DNA of 63,974 bases, counting the filler, from Octopus bimaculoides (taxonomy: Eukaryota): the NCBI RefSeq assembly GCF_001194135.2. It is 6 parts of 6 records of this genome, joined end to end, with 100 filler letters (N's around TTAATTAATTAA, not from the genome) between each part and the next. Parts side by side here need not be neighbours in the genome. Positions count along the whole stretch, not along the records: positions 1 to 12,913 come from NC_068985.1; positions 13,014 to 30,627 come from NC_068984.1; 4 more parts are not named here. One strand, 5' to 3'. Below, one piece after another: positions 1 through 14,220 of this stretch. How positions within the stretch are numbered: position 1 is the first letter of the stretch; each line of letters starts with the position of its first letter. The notes under the pieces are model-generated. The model did no database searches. It was not told the DNA's origin and saw only the letters and a list, made by a program, of their open reading frames with translations. Position numbers and translations under genes: made by a program.

Positions 1-79
1 ATATATACATACATGTACATACATACATACATACACACACACATACATACATACATACATACATACATACATACATACA

Positions 80-108
<29 letters not shown>
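1..108. repeat. (ATAC)n array
   Basis: Direct inspection; similar (TATG)n at about 43700-43960. Confidence 0.95.
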
Positions 109-110
<2 letters not shown>

Positions 111-1029
111 TTATTTACAGACATATATAGATGCATATATTTACCATTTGAAAATGTCATTTATCCGAAAGTACTCAGAAAATCAGTTTCATTGTGAACA
201 TTCTGGGTAAATTTCAAATATATATCGGAATGTTTCAAAGACTACCATGGTATGTTTTACAAAATTATCGTTGACAGCGCTGACATTAACTTTAATAATT
301 TGAACCCCGTTATCATTTCTCGCTTCCTAACAGAGTTTCTTTTCAATTTCTGACTGATTTCTCGAATATATGTTAGACTTTATTATGCACACATGTTATT
401 CAGTTGCTGTGTAAGCTCATCATTCGTTTTGAACCATTTCTCTCGGCTATATTCTTCTGTTATCCTTTGATTCATTCATTGACTACAAACATTTATCACC
501 TCCCCAATAATGTCAAAGCTGCCTTATCATCATGACCTGGTCACTTTAGCTTTGCTGAAGGTTAAGCCTAAATAGGTAATCTCTGTATAGTTTTACATAT
601 ACATTTGTAATATTGAACGAAAAGTCTATCTAAGGAGAAGAAAATACGAGCAATACTTAATTCAGCTAGAAGATTCAGATGGTCTTTCTTTCATATATTT
701 TTGATGCCAATGGAGTATCAGATTTATAATGTTAGCAATCTAAGATCATTATTCCAGCATTGCGTTTCATATCCTCTGAATTACTGTAAAAGCAGAGAGA
801 ATAACGTAATGTGGATCGATAATTTTACCAAAGGTGTCCTCATTCTCCATCTAGTAAAAAAAGATTCTGTCAAATCTCTCACTAATAAAACTCCTTTCAT
901 CACAGATTCTTTTGCTTTGAGAGCTTAAAGCAAACGGCGTTTTACTATAAAACACGCCGTTTGAGGAATAAGACATTTCAACAAACTTCTTCCATATAGT
1001 CTTTCGATGTATTTGTCAATGTTTCCTAA

Positions 1030-1195
1030 GCGGTTTTATCTGTTGATAACAACTGCGTACACTGGACTCCATCAATCAAGTTGCTATTAAAATGTCAACT
1101 AAAAGCTGTTCAAAGTTTGCTTTAAGATGACCGCTATTGAACATTGACTTAAGTTGTATTCTGATGATAGTGGTACGCAGCTTATTGCAGCAAAA
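1030..1195 (+). mobile_element. Possible BEL/Pao integrase remnant
   Basis: LKLYSDDSGTQLIAA resembles 'P.k.ySDnGt.fvaA'; flanking sequence is very decayed. Confidence 0.25.
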
Positions 1196-2035
1196 CGCTA
1201 ATGGTAATCTGTCAAATAAATATTTTCCCTTTTACTGCAGCGGCTGATATATATGTTCCAACAAATAATTTATTCATATTGTGGTAGACTGCGCAAATAG
1301 ACACTCAAATTTCCACTTGTGCAAGTTTTATCATATTCGTTTGACTTGAGATCAGCAAACGCTGAGAAAACTGAGTTTTATAAACCAAAATACTTTGACT
1401 CACACAATTTTACAATCCTCTTGTAAATAAATTGCAAAGCCTCGTGTACTTCCGCTGAAAGCTTTTATCTTACTACAGGTTTGTCTTGGTGTTCTTCGTC
1501 CGAGGCATATTTTGGCTTATTTTTAATTACTTGCAGCTTTAGAATATCAAATTATTTCGCTTATTCAACACTGGTTGTAAGTATATTTTTCAACATTTCA
1601 TTTCTAATTTAGAAATAATACACTTCTACATCTCTCAGAGAGATTTATGCAGTAGTGATACGATGAAGCAGCTGTATGCTGTCAACTTAATGTGACAGTC
1701 CCCTGAAGGGAATAATAATAGTACTGTTGGTTAGACCTAGAAAGCTGCACCGCTTCCTATCGGCCTTGACACATTTCCTGTGTCCTTATATGTACAAGGG
1801 GCAAACAATCACCTCCACCCACCTAAACCTTCATCCAGAGACATGTCTCTGAGTCTTTGCTCGTCATCAGTCATCATTTTATTTCTAGCCTTTAATCTTT
1901 TGTTTCTTTCAGATATTGGATTGCAACCAACTGAGATAACGTCTTGAAAGATTTAGTCGAATAACTTGAGCCCGGGCGTGGAAACAAGCGATCACTACAC
2001 AAACACATTCAAGCACACACACAAATACACACGCA

Positions 2036-2085
<50 letters not shown>

Positions 2086-2189
2086 CACAATGCAATGGGT
2101 AAATTATTCTCATTTTATGTTTCTAATTTCACGCATGCGCATTGTTTGTTTATGATTTTGTCGACTACACAGTAGTGACAGTTGGGCAC

Positions 2190-3363
2190 TCTCTGTGAGA
2201 AGAAACCATTATGACACCATTCTGTCAGAAATTTGGAAATGGCATGCTGTACCGCTTGGCACCGGAACCTCCAATACGGTGCAGAGGATTCGGAAAGAGT
2301 TGGGTAAGTCTGAAGGTGTTTATGAAGGTACGGCAGCTCGGAAAACTCACTATGATTGTTCTGATGAGAAAATAACTCCTGAATTTGTTGGTGAGATCCA
2401 AGCCACGATTGGCAATGATCCCTCCAAGTCAAAGAGGTCCATCACCAGAGTCGTGGGAGTGTCTGAGTTTCTCAACATACAGGTAGTGTACGAAGACATT
2501 CGGTAACCATCATACAAGATGAGAAAGGGCAATAATGTATCCCAAGCTATCAACGACAATAGGAAAAACCGCACTGCGAATCTTTTGAACAAACTCAAGC
2601 ATCTCCTCCAACCGAATATTCTTTAGTTTTTCTCAGATGAGAAATATATCTGCCAGTATCCGATGGTGAATGAACACACAGAACAACCGTTGTCTTGTCC
2701 TGTCACCAAAACATGTACCGAGAGTGATAAAAATCAAACATTCAGTTCACATCGTGTTTGAAGTGATGGCGACCTTATGCCTCTATTTATCTCCCCACAC
2801 GGCATCAGATTCAATACGGAGGCCTACATCAAGCGCCTGAATGAGATGGTGCTGACCTGGGCCAAGCGGGCGGCTGCTTGAAGACCCTATATCTAGCAAC
2901 GGTATTCTGCACCATGACACACAAGTAGGGAACACAGTCATGGTTGTCAGACAATTTCTGTGACTACATCAAACCTAACATCTAACCACTTAACTTCCCA
3001 GGGTACAATCCCATTGATTATTATGTCTGGGTCGCGCAGTTGAGCGAGAGACTAACGAAACTCCATGTAACACCAAAGATGAAGTAAAAACAAGGATTAT
3101 GACATCATTCACCGACCTAAACAAAGATACTGTCCAGCAGAGTTGCAGGAGATTTCGAAGACGTCTGGAGGCCGTCGTTGAAGTAAATGGCGATTTTATT
3201 GAATAAATTTACTCATTAGGATATTTAGAATAGTAATTTAGAATAAATTTGCTCCTTCAAGATATTTTTATGTAACTTTGATAAATATATCTGTTACAAT
3301 GAGCTGTCAGTATTATTTTCATTTTTACGTAATTTAGATGACATGTTATTCACCGCAACCTGT
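2190..3363 (+). mobile_element. Degenerate Tc1/mariner transposon, DD37D (maT)-like transposase
   Basis: Reading through frameshifts and stops gives TPEFVGEIQATIGNDPSKSKRSI, FSDEK, QQ.SAP.H, PNI.P.N.P..NPIDYYVW and C-terminal RRLEAVVEVNGDFIE*. Right end CAACCTG-TA resembles a TIR plus TA. Second-to-third Asp spacing is about 37. Confidence 0.85.
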
Positions 3364-4327
3364 ATATGACAGATTTCGTCACAGTTTCTCCTGCGCTATA
3401 GCATAAAGACTGGCCAATATGCTGCGCAGAAGGGCTCTACTAGAAACTATTAGTTCCAAAGAGAGTCTCTTAAACATACAGTCACACCAACAAGACCTCA
3501 TGTGCCATTCATTATTAGTGTCATTTTTTCTTCCAGTTTAAAACTTATTTAGGACATTTGGTCACGTTTCAAATACTTTCATTGATTTCTTCTGGTCGTC
3601 CTGAGGCTATAATAGAAGGCACCTCCCATAGACTCTGTGCAGTGGAACTGAACCCGGAATCATGTGTTTGAGAAGTAAGCTTCTGAAATAGAAAATAAAC
3701 TAAAGTTTAAATTCAAAACTCTGTAATTTTCTTTCTGCCAGTTAAATAGTGTGCTTTAAGATCTTTAAATGTAGAATTACATGCAACTAGAACTACCTGG
3801 AAATTTTTAAAGAGCATTATGTATAAGTGTTTAATTAGATACAACTGCACGTTATCAAATATTAACATCGAAGTATATTGAAGGATACACATTGTGTAAA
3901 ATTTTTGGCTTCTCATGTTTTAACCAGAATTAAATTCTAAACAATCTAAGTCCATAAACTATAGAAGCAATAAGCAAATATTAAGGAAAACACTACTTTG
4001 TAAACAGAATATTAATGTTTGAACAATTTCTTTCCACCTTGAAATCATTTTTTATGTGGTCAGTTTACTTTCAATGTCAGAAGAAATCCAGAGAAGAGCT
4101 CGTTTATTTAATGGTGAAATCGATACGAAACATATTCATGGATTGAGGTATTTATTACAACACTTGCATTATCAAACATATCAGCAACACAAACCAGTGA
4201 AGTAGATGGTTTTCAGGAACAGGGTTGTGTAGATACGTAAGGTGTGACACGACTTGTATTTCCTATGTAGATTTATACAAACATATATANNNNNNNNNNN
4301 NNNNNNNNNNNNNNNNNNNNNNNNNNN

Positions 4328-4420
<93 letters not shown>

Positions 4421-5719
4421 TTAAACATACATACATTTATATATGCATGTATATCTATATATATGCGTGTGTGTGTGACGTATGGGCATGTGTATTATAA
4501 TATTTACCTTGTGTATGTCTGTGAGTGAGTATGTATGTATGTGTGTGTATGTGTGTTTGTGTGTGTTTGTATGCGTGTATGTGAATCAGTGGTTTACAGG
4601 TGAGAGAAGAAAATGTATTACTAGCTTGGTTTCTCTGATGAAACCGCTCCGCCCATTGAAACAAGTGTTTGCCTACAAGAACGCTTTGCAAATATCAGGG
4701 ATCAAGAAAGAACAATTTCATAGTTAACTGCGAAGAGATTGAAATTCTGTATATTAATTATGCACATGAAATAATGTCACAAAGCAAATATCCCATCTTG
4801 TTACGACAGAACGATTTGGAACATGCGCAGTGTGATCAGCGGGCGTGGGAGCATAGCACATGTTTTCAGTTTTAGAATTGTCCAACTAGGGATTATTATT
4901 TACCAGCGTATGTATCAACTATGAGCAATAATATTCATGAGAATTGGCATGAAGTGTCCGCTATATAGTGAGATAGTTGAAACATGCAAAATTTTATTGA
5001 AGGTGGTAAAATCACAGATATGATATTACAAAAGATCCCCCTAGACACCGGTCGAGATAGAGTTACACATTAGGAAATTCTTACGCGAAGCAATTCCTAA
5101 TGACAGGTAAACATTATGATGCAGGAGTGTTGCGCAGGTACTTGGGTCATGTGCAGGTAGTTGGGTATTTGTTTCGACTCTTATGAAACTGAATCAAGTT
5201 CATTTGTTTTCTTCCTGGCATATCGCGTTCAAGATGTCCGAGACCAGGCCATTTTCATTTTACATTCTTCTAGTATTTAAATCAATATAGCTATGTCAGA
5301 TGGTTGTTTAAACAGCATTCTAGGTGCACTGCAAGGAAGCCACCTACGTACACAACGTGAAGGGAAACTGATTAGTATTAGGCATCAAGACCCGTAGGAG
5401 CTCCAGAAGAACTACTCTGTTGGCGCCATGCGTTAAGTGAGCTCTACCTGACGAAATCATCATATGGCCACGATGTTGATATTATACGTAGATGTTTACA
5501 TGACAAAGTATGTATCTAAATTCCATACACTATTTTTCATATTGTAATCTGATATATTAAACTGCTAAATAGGATGCGTTTCAAATATACGAATATTTTT
5601 CAGACTGCCAGAGATGTACTTGGGGTGTATATCAATAGAACTGAGACTATGGTTTGAAACTGAGAAAATACAGAGAGGAAGATATATACAAGACCTTAAA
5701 GAATAAGAAAGAGACTCGT

Positions 5720-5900
5720 AACTTCATTTAAATGTTTCTTACCATTTGGTGATAAAATGTCGTCAAACCAAATACGACATTGTGCGACATTGTGGGTCAG
5801 AATATTTAGGGTCCAATAAACGTGACCAAACCAATACCTGTAGAGCCGTATCAGTGGCCTACTGGTTATAGGTGCAGAGGAAATTGTGACACCAGATAAT
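5720..5900 (-). mobile_element. Possible RTE LINE remnant
   Basis: IRLYRYWFGHVYW...CRIWFDDI resembles 'RLrWfGHV.R...r.rW.D.I'. Confidence 0.35.
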
Positions 5901-8419
5901 AAATGTTGAATACCATCAACATTCATTGTGCTACTATGAGTCGCTAATATGTGTCTTCCGAGCTGGTATTATTTTTCTGAACGTTCTAAACCAAACATAT
6001 ATTTTTAAAGTAGTCAACATTACATCTATTTGTAAACAAACGCAGCCAAACAAAGCCTATACAGAAACACAAATACACCATTTAAACAGCATTAAAATAA
6101 TTCTAGAACTGTTAAACACACATCAGCTTTCTTATTTACAAAACTAAAGACAAACAAACAATATCTTATTCTTCAGTTTAACAAATTCATTAAAATGTTA
6201 AACCGAATACCCTCTCAATCCATTTTTACGCTTGAACTGATTTAAACAATTTAATTTGTTTTTATATTCATATGTCGTGTTATATCATTTACTAACTTTC
6301 TAAACACTAAATATAATTCTAAGTTTAAATTGCCAGTGCAACGTTACCTCCTTCACATGACTCATCGCTCCTACATCTTATTTAGATTTCTTTCACCGAA
6401 AACGGTTATCATTTAGTGATTCTCACCGTAAATTTAGGAAAAGATACTGAATGTACATATATTCGAACGTGTATAAACACATACAAACATGTACACATAC
6501 AGACGCGCGCGTGCGCACTCGCACACACACATAAAACTATATATATACACACATACATAAGTAAATTGTTGATCATTTTACACGCATTTCATTCGCTGAG
6601 ACATTATATGCAAAGCTTTAAAATTGAGTCATTTAATAGTTCTATATCCGCGTTAAACCAAGTCGATGAGGTACATTTCCTTATCTCATTACTTATCTTT
6701 CTCGTTTCGATTCATATTGCAGAGAGCTTTTATATAAATAGTTCAAATACATTAACAGTCTAGACCATAGCCATTGTATCGGAAATTGCCATGTATCAGA
6801 ATATCAGACGACACTGCAATTAGACTTTTTCTCGGATATGAAACTTTCTTTAAAATACTTATGTCATATCGAAGTTTATCGAATGCAGCACACGTCTACT
6901 GCCATCTATGAATATGCGTGTATATGTATATGTATGTATATATGAATATATGTATATATATATATATGTATATATATGTATCAAAAAATAAGCAACACGG
7001 ATTTCAAAGGTGATTGCAGTACGCACGTTTCATGCTACTTCAATTTATTTAAGTAATGCGAGCATTACCTTAAATGCAATATGAAGAGCAATCTTCAGCT
7101 GCAAGAAAATGCAGAAAATTACTGTAGAAAAGACATATTATAAATGTGGCAATATTTCAAATCCAAGTGGGAGAGAGAATACATAAAAATCCAAATGTGA
7201 GGAAGAATACATAAGTCCATCTTGACATAGCCGAGTCTATCAGGCTAGTAATTGATTCTAGAAAAAAGTTTTAACTGTCTCAGATTTTATTGTTTCTTAT
7301 CTAGTGGTGATAGCAAAGGGACAATTACTTCTAAAGAGAGGGAAGGTGTAAGCAGTACATGGGCCACCATACTGGCAGCAATTGTGTAAAAACTTAAATC
7401 GGAACCACGATAATGATGCAACCAACACAGATAACATCATAACATCACATAGCTTTCAATAATTAAGGTGACTATTTTATCTTCCACTTCTTCAAAGGTA
7501 GCGCTAAAGCAATAATCTTAACCCCACTCTCTCTAAAGGAATCCCGGATATTTTTTGTATTATTGCTGTTGCTAACATTACCCCGTCCCCATCGTTATCA
7601 TCATCATCGTTATTATTATTACTATTATTATTATAGTTATATATTCGGTGTCTTCACTTTAATATCTCTTTTAAGTTTTATGTTAATTCTCTTTGCGTTC
7701 TATGATATGGAGTGGTACGTTAATTTAAACGCGAACTAATTTTCATTCAGTTACTGATTGGATAAGCAGGCGTTTATTCCTAATAGGCAGTTACTTCAAA
7801 ACATTTCCTGTTTTAAATATTCATAACTTATTTATATTGAGCAAAGTTAAGTTTCTCATATGCCAGCATCTTAAAACTTCTTCTTGTCTAGAATATATTG
7901 TATTACCCTGAGATATAATAAGTTGGTAAACATCTTTTGTACACAGGTCACATTTATTAGTTCCATGTCTGCATGGTTTTGCAGTACAAATTAAGTCCCA
8001 ATTGGTAGAATAGTATTTCTCTCTGCCTGTAGTATACCCTCATTTTTTATCTCTAAATGAATATATACATACACACATACAGACATGTGTGTGTATGTAT
8101 ATATACATTTGGTAATAAAATGAAAAAAAGCCAAGCAATCTAAACAATATGATCATAGCAGGTCCAAAGAGCAACGGTTACATATGGCCCACGGTTCAGA
8201 TATAGCCGAAGAAACGGAATTCATGCGTTCCTATTGTCAGATTTCATATTGGCATCTTTGGTGCCATCTTTGAAACTCAATGCGAAAAGTTTGACAAGAA
8301 TGAAAACTCCCAATGCTCTGCGCCCAAAGGAACAATATGATACCACGATTGAGAAACATAGCAGAGAAGGAGGACACTACAGCGATTAGCCCTGTTGCTA
8401 CCAATAGGGCCAACCGAAG

Positions 8420-8845
8420 AGTTCAAAGGGACACAAAAAAAAATGAGTCTTCATTTCAGGTTATATTCGTTCATTTGTCCACACACACACAAATACGCAT
8501 CTACTCTCACTGACATGTTTTGGCAAGGTATGATATAACTGTAGGCCCTTAAATCTCAAACTATTGCAGTGTATGGCCCTCATTTTAGATGCGACAACTG
8601 GGACATTTGGAACAGTGCAGTTACGTCCAATTCAGTATCTTCCACACATATACCACTGCATACAAGCATCCTCCTGGCTCCAGGGTGTAGAGTCGTAGCT
8701 CTTTCATTTTTTCTCAGTAGTTCAGCTGTTCCATTCATGCAATCTTCCTCGTGTAGTAATCCAGAAAGCTGAGGAAAATGTCGACTACAGAGCCAGCATA
8801 GTTTCCTGGTCCTTTCTTCTCAAGGATCTCAGAATCCATCCGGCC
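8420..8845 (-). mobile_element. CR1/L2-group LINE RT C-terminal fragment
   Basis: Minus strand reads AGWILRS, MKELRLYTLE..RR, VYVWKILN and CNSLRFKGLQLYHTLPKHV, typical of CR1-like C-termini. Confidence 0.7.
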
Positions 8846-9514
8846 ATTCGGATGGATTCATATACATTCGGATGGATATATATATATATATATATCAACG
8901 TACAAACATAAATATTATTATATTCCTTATTTGTTAATTGAATGTTTCGTTTATTGTTTCAAATTTCAAACAACTTCAAGTATAGGATTAGTTAAAGAAG
9001 GGAGTTCCCTGCATGATATACGGTAAATGATATTTAGAATACAGGGAACTGTTTTTGTACCAAGCATTAATCAACATTTACATACATGTCTGTCGGAAAA
9101 ATAAATTTCTTTGATGTCGCTTTTCCTTCAGGGCATCTACCTGGTGTTCCATTTGTTGGAATAGGCACTTAGACCTTCTGATAATAACACACACGCACGC
9201 ACGCAAACACACAGACGCATGCATACACACACACACACACACACGAACACGCAGGAGCACACACGAACGCATACAGACTTGAGCACACCATCTCACAGGC
9301 ACTCACACACAAACACAAATACACATACAAACACATACTCACACATACACGCGTAGTTAGAAAAGAGTACGTACTTTTTATATTGTTATTCTACAAACGA
9401 GAAGTATGGGATGGTCATAATCAAATTGCTTTTTGATAAAAGAAGCAAAGATATATTAGCTCTAAGTTTGAGAACGAAGTAGGCAGAATATTGATTTTAA
9501 ATATTTAAGCATTA

Positions 9515-9898
9515 AGGCGGCGTGCTTGCAGAAACGTTAGCAAGCCGGGCGAAATGCTAAGCGCTATTTCGTGTCTTTACGTTCTGAGTTCAAATTCCGC
9601 CGAGGTTGATTTTGCCTTTCATCCTTTCGGGGTCGATAAATTAGATACCAGTTACGTACTGGGGTCGATCTAATCAACAGGCCCTCTCCCCAAACATTTC
9701 GTGCCTTGTGCCTAGAGTAGAAAAGAATAAATGACTGACATAATGTTAAGTCTGTCTTTACGTTCTGAGATCAAAATCTACCGAGATCGACTTTGCCTTT
9801 CATGCTTTCGGGATCGATAAATTAAATACCAGTTACGTACTGAGGTCGACCTAATCAACTGGCCCTCTCCCCAAAAGTTTCGGGCCTTGTGCTTAGAA
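9515..9898 (+). mobile_element. tRNA-derived SINE family A, head-to-tail pair (9515-9730 and about 9748-9898)
   Basis: A-box-like T(G)GCAGAAACGTTAG, B-box GTTCAAATTCC, body GTCGACTTTGCCTTTCATCCTTTCGGGGTCGATAA. Confidence 0.85.
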
Positions 9899-10159
9899 TA
9901 TTTTTCTGTCCAATTAATAAACTGTTTGCATTTTATCAAATATTGCCTTTTATAGTATAGATTTACAACTATTTTTTACGTTATACCTACCATAAAATAT
10001 TTCGACACCATTGGTGAGCTGTCATCCTGCTTGGCAACAAAATATACTGCAATTAACCTTTCGCATTCAAAAATTCTAAGAGTTTGTTTTTAAGGGCAAT
10101 ACATGCAAAATCTATGACGAGAAGCAGTAATTGTCCTTGTTAAATCATCGTTAATAAGC

Positions 10160-10303
10160 GCAGGAGTAGCTGTATGGTAAGAAGCTTGTTCCGGGTTCAG
10201 TCACATCATGTAACAGCTTGAACATGTGTCTTCTACCATAACCTCAGTCTGATTGGATTTGGTAGACGGAAAGTGAAAGAAGCTCGTCGTGTGTGTTTGT
10301 GTG

Positions 10304-10399
<96 letters not shown>

Positions 10400-10409
10400 T
10401 GCGTGCGTA

Positions 10410-10447
<38 letters not shown>

Positions 10448-10670
10448 CGCGCGTTCGTATCTATGCTGTATTTGTGTGTCCGTGTTTGTCCCAAACACCA
10501 CCATCAGTGTGTTTACATGCTCGTGTTCTAGCGTGTTCGGCAAAAGAAACTTATCCAATAAGTACTAGGCTTACAAATAATAAGTCCTGGAGTCGATTTG
10601 TTCGAGTAAATGGGATGCTCCAGCATGACCGCAGTCAAATCACTGAAACAAGTGCAAGAATGAGAACATT
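10160..10670 (+). mobile_element. SINE family B with internal expanded (GT)n
   Basis: Head at about 10160-10285, (GT)n at about 10290-10450, tail at about 10480-10670. Confidence 0.75.
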
Positions 10671-11764
10671 TGCATCGCATTCAAATCGTGAACGCACAGA
10701 ATAATCATTATAGCTTCGATTTATTATTGAAACTAAACATAATCGTTTAAATTTTCAAACTAAGTGTACAATCGTTGAAATAATGCGTGCTGTGTATTGT
10801 ATATGTGCCGAAGAAGATATTAGCCAGGATATATTTTGTATGGTTTTAATATATACACCCTGACTGTTAGCAGAAAATAAATCTTTCTGCGCATTACATG
10901 CTACTAATTATCTGCAACTTTATAATTTACTAAAGAAATTTAATGTTATTTAAATATATCACTGCTCATCAGTTATGTTTTTTCAGATGGCTCCGAATGT
11001 TAATATTTTATGTAATTGTAAAAGCGTGCATTACGCCACACTTGTATCGATGAAGAGGCTATAAATCTTACTGACAGTAAATAGAGAGGGTGAAAAATGT
11101 ATTTACAATAACAGTATTCATTCAGTTTCTTCAGACCAATAAATGTTAAAGGTTGATGAATGGATCAGTAAATTTCTCGATAGAGAATAAAGACATAATA
11201 TGAAATCTATCAAATTTAAAGCTTTCCAATTGGATTCGAGAGAATAAAAGTAAATACTCATTTCTTGAATTTGTTCATATGAAAAGAATATTATATTATA
11301 CAGGGGAGCTCCTTGCGTTTTCGAATGCCAGAGGAAATTATTTAGAATCGATTCTCCAGCATCGTAGTTTAGTTCAGTTACTCAATAATTCAAATGCAAG
11401 AATTTCAAATGATACGGTGAAGTATATATCCAGAGAGCAAGTGAATAGTAATTACCATATATACACACACAAACACACGCACAAACACATATACAATAAA
11501 GGTATGTATGATTGTTTGTGTATATGGCTATGAGTGTAGTTACACGCACATATAAACATACATATATATATATATATNNNNNNNNNNNNNNNNNNNNNNN
11601 NNNNNNNNNNNNNNNNNNNNNNNNNNNNNNNNNNNNNNNNNNNNNNNNNNNNNNNNNNNNNNNNNNNNNNNNNNNNNTATTTCTCAAAATACAATGTTTA
11701 TATACCAAAAAGATTTTATAACATTATAAGATTTTATAATGTTATAACAATAACAGTATTGTAG

Positions 11765-11895
11765 AAGCCACTCATAATAAAAAGTAGTCCTGGTGGAATG
11801 TCTCAGTGAATACCTCGATAAATTGTAAGCACAACAGACCTGACATAATGATTTGGGATAGAGAAGAGAAATTGTGAAAAGTTGTAGAAACACGT
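11765..11895 (+). mobile_element. Non-LTR retrotransposon REL-endonuclease fragment (R4/Dong-like)
   Basis: WWNVSV.T...CKHNRPDIMIWDREEKL*KVVE matches the 'W.D..i.T.....HNRPDi...dk....c.iid' restriction-like endonuclease motif. Confidence 0.6.
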
Positions 11896-12913
11896 ATGCT
11901 CATATATATACATGTATGTATGTGTGTGTTTTGTAGTATAAGTCCGCATGATAAATGTTTGCACTTTATGTTATATGAACTTTCGAAGACTATTTCGTAA
12001 ACAGTATATGTGCTCAAAGTTTGTCTTATACAGAGCACAGAACACAGTCTATTAAATCGAATGAGGGTTTATTATCTTTATTGCCGATTCAATAAGTCAT
12101 AAACATTGTATTAACCGAATAATTTTGAAAATTCTATTAGGAAAGAAACCCATTGACCTGGATTAGTGGAATTGGTCCTCCAGGATATAACTACAGGAAT
12201 CCTTACATGATTTTAGTACGGAAGCTATAAAAGGTAATTATATTATGAATTTATGAAATACGTATGGAAACGACGCTCCATAATATAGAAGTAAGGAATT
12301 CGATTTGTTGTTTTGCATATAGTTGAATGAAAAGTGCCTTGATCACAAACAGCCACATCAATGTGTGCATAATCCCAACCATAAAATTGTCTTTAATGTA
12401 CAAAACTTAGTCTGTACAAATTCCCAAATTAAGTAAAAAAAAATTGAGATTTAAGAGAAATTCAGTTAATCCAGTAGAAATGTAAAGAAGTTTATTTGAA
12501 ACTGGATCTAATTTCCTAGTAATTATTGTTGGTCTACACTGGAAATGTCATTTATACCTGTTATGATTTACCTTTAACTTCGAAGGATAGGTTCAATTCA
12601 GTAATGTTCAGTACAATTGTTTTCACATGTAGTCACAAGATACATATTTCTGAACATCGATTTCGTAATGTTACTACGTTGAACGAAATTATAAAAAAGA
12701 CATCATTAACAAATATCATAAAATTCTACCAAATTACTTTTCTGTTTTAACCCAAACAGGGCTCGTAAACCAAAGAGGAAAACAAAGAGGAATTAATTTA
12801 AGAAGTTACAAGCATAAAACAGATAGAATTGATGCAAAGGTTCGTTCTAAGTAATGTTCGTTTCAAACGGATTTTACTGCGGGTTTTTTTAACCACAAGA
12901 GAAGGGCTCACTA

Positions 12914-13013
12914 NNNNNNNNNNNNNNNNNNNNNNNNNNNNNNNNNNNNNNNNNNNNTTAATTAATTAANNNNNNNNNNNNNNNNNNNNNNNNNNNNNNN
13001 NNNNNNNNNNNNN
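12914..13013. other. Artificial 100-bp assembly spacer N44-TTAATTAATTAA-N44 (also at 30628-30727, 39226-39325, 44782-44881, 62232-62331)
   Basis: Five identical instances. The 12-mer gives stop codons in all six frames and marks contig joins of unknown size. Confidence 0.95.
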
Positions 13014-13140
13014 AATACACACAAATGAAGCCTAGGTGCTTCGCAACAAAATTATTTAAAAATTCCAACAAAATGTGGACAGTAAATGGTCAAATAAACG
13101 TTTACCTTCGCAGCCGATGTGACAGCACGTCCGTGAGAAG

Positions 13141-13182
<42 letters not shown>

Positions 13183-13199
13183 GTAGATAGGTAGATAGG

Positions 13200-13267
<68 letters not shown>

Positions 13268-13285
13268 CAGATAGATAGATAAGTA
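13141..13285. repeat. (GATA)n tetranucleotide array
   Basis: Direct inspection; another at about 24195-24237. Confidence 0.95.
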
Positions 13286-14163
13286 GATTGAATAAGATAT
13301 ATTTGGTGGATTTTATTAATACTATTACGTGGTTTGTATCACCCTAGCTTATCCCACGATTTGAGATCCTGCGTCTAATCACAGGATTAGTATACAGGGC
13401 TGAAATGAGGAACATACGACTAAGTTTAAACTTCAACCCCGGGCGCCACGCACGCACTGTAGCTTCGCCTCTCTATAGCCTACTGTTTTGTTGCATAATA
13501 CAGTTAAAAGCAATTATATATTTGGTCGTAAATATTGTGAATGTCTTTCTGAAAATGGTTGTGTTGAATATTTTTGTCAGAAGGTGGTCCACAATGGCAG
13601 ATTCCCTTTTCTGCCATGACACCACCACAGCTCAAACACAGATGTATTATTTCTTTATTTCTATCTCTTCTTTTCTAAACTACGGCGCTCCCTTCCTCTG
13701 AAGGACCAATGCAAGAAATACATTATATATATATGTACTCCCGTTAAGCAGACCTACGCCTTATACCCTTGTTTCATACTTGAGTCTGATTGCTAAAAAG
13801 AAAAGAAAAAAAAGTCAACCTAATTTATGAAATATACGTAACTGTATACGCCTGACCTTGATAAGAATGGATGGCGATATAATGAAACCATGAAAATTGG
13901 TTAAGTTAATGACTATTTGTGCTTTTGGAGAAAATAGTAAGCCAGAGTATGTCAAACTTTTATTATCATTCACCAGTTTAAACTGGTTAATCCTTTTAAC
14001 TCAGTGCAAACGAATGACACAATATAACTGCGGCAAGTAGGTTTCGTTTCATCACCCAGTTACTCTATGTTATGTATATGTGTAGCACACAATGTACATG
14101 CACACAGATACATCTATTTATATATAACACAGATACATATATTTACATATAAGTGCAGTATAT

Positions 14164-14220
<57 letters not shown>

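Noticed and set aside
931-963. Small bulged hairpin CAAACGGCGTTTT...AAAACACGCCGTTTG
   Set aside because: Short enough to be chance and has no supporting context; bacterial-style terminators are not relevant here.
5742-5836. Minus-strand exon with strong ATG|GTAAGA donor (YWFGHVYW...)
   Set aside because: The peptide fits the RTE LINE 'WFGHV...W.D.I' motif better than a host exon, and the acceptor is weak.
12958-12969. Recurring palindromic TTAATTAATTAA motif (five copies)
   Set aside because: Always centred between two runs of exactly 44 N; an assembly spacer with six-frame stops, not biology.
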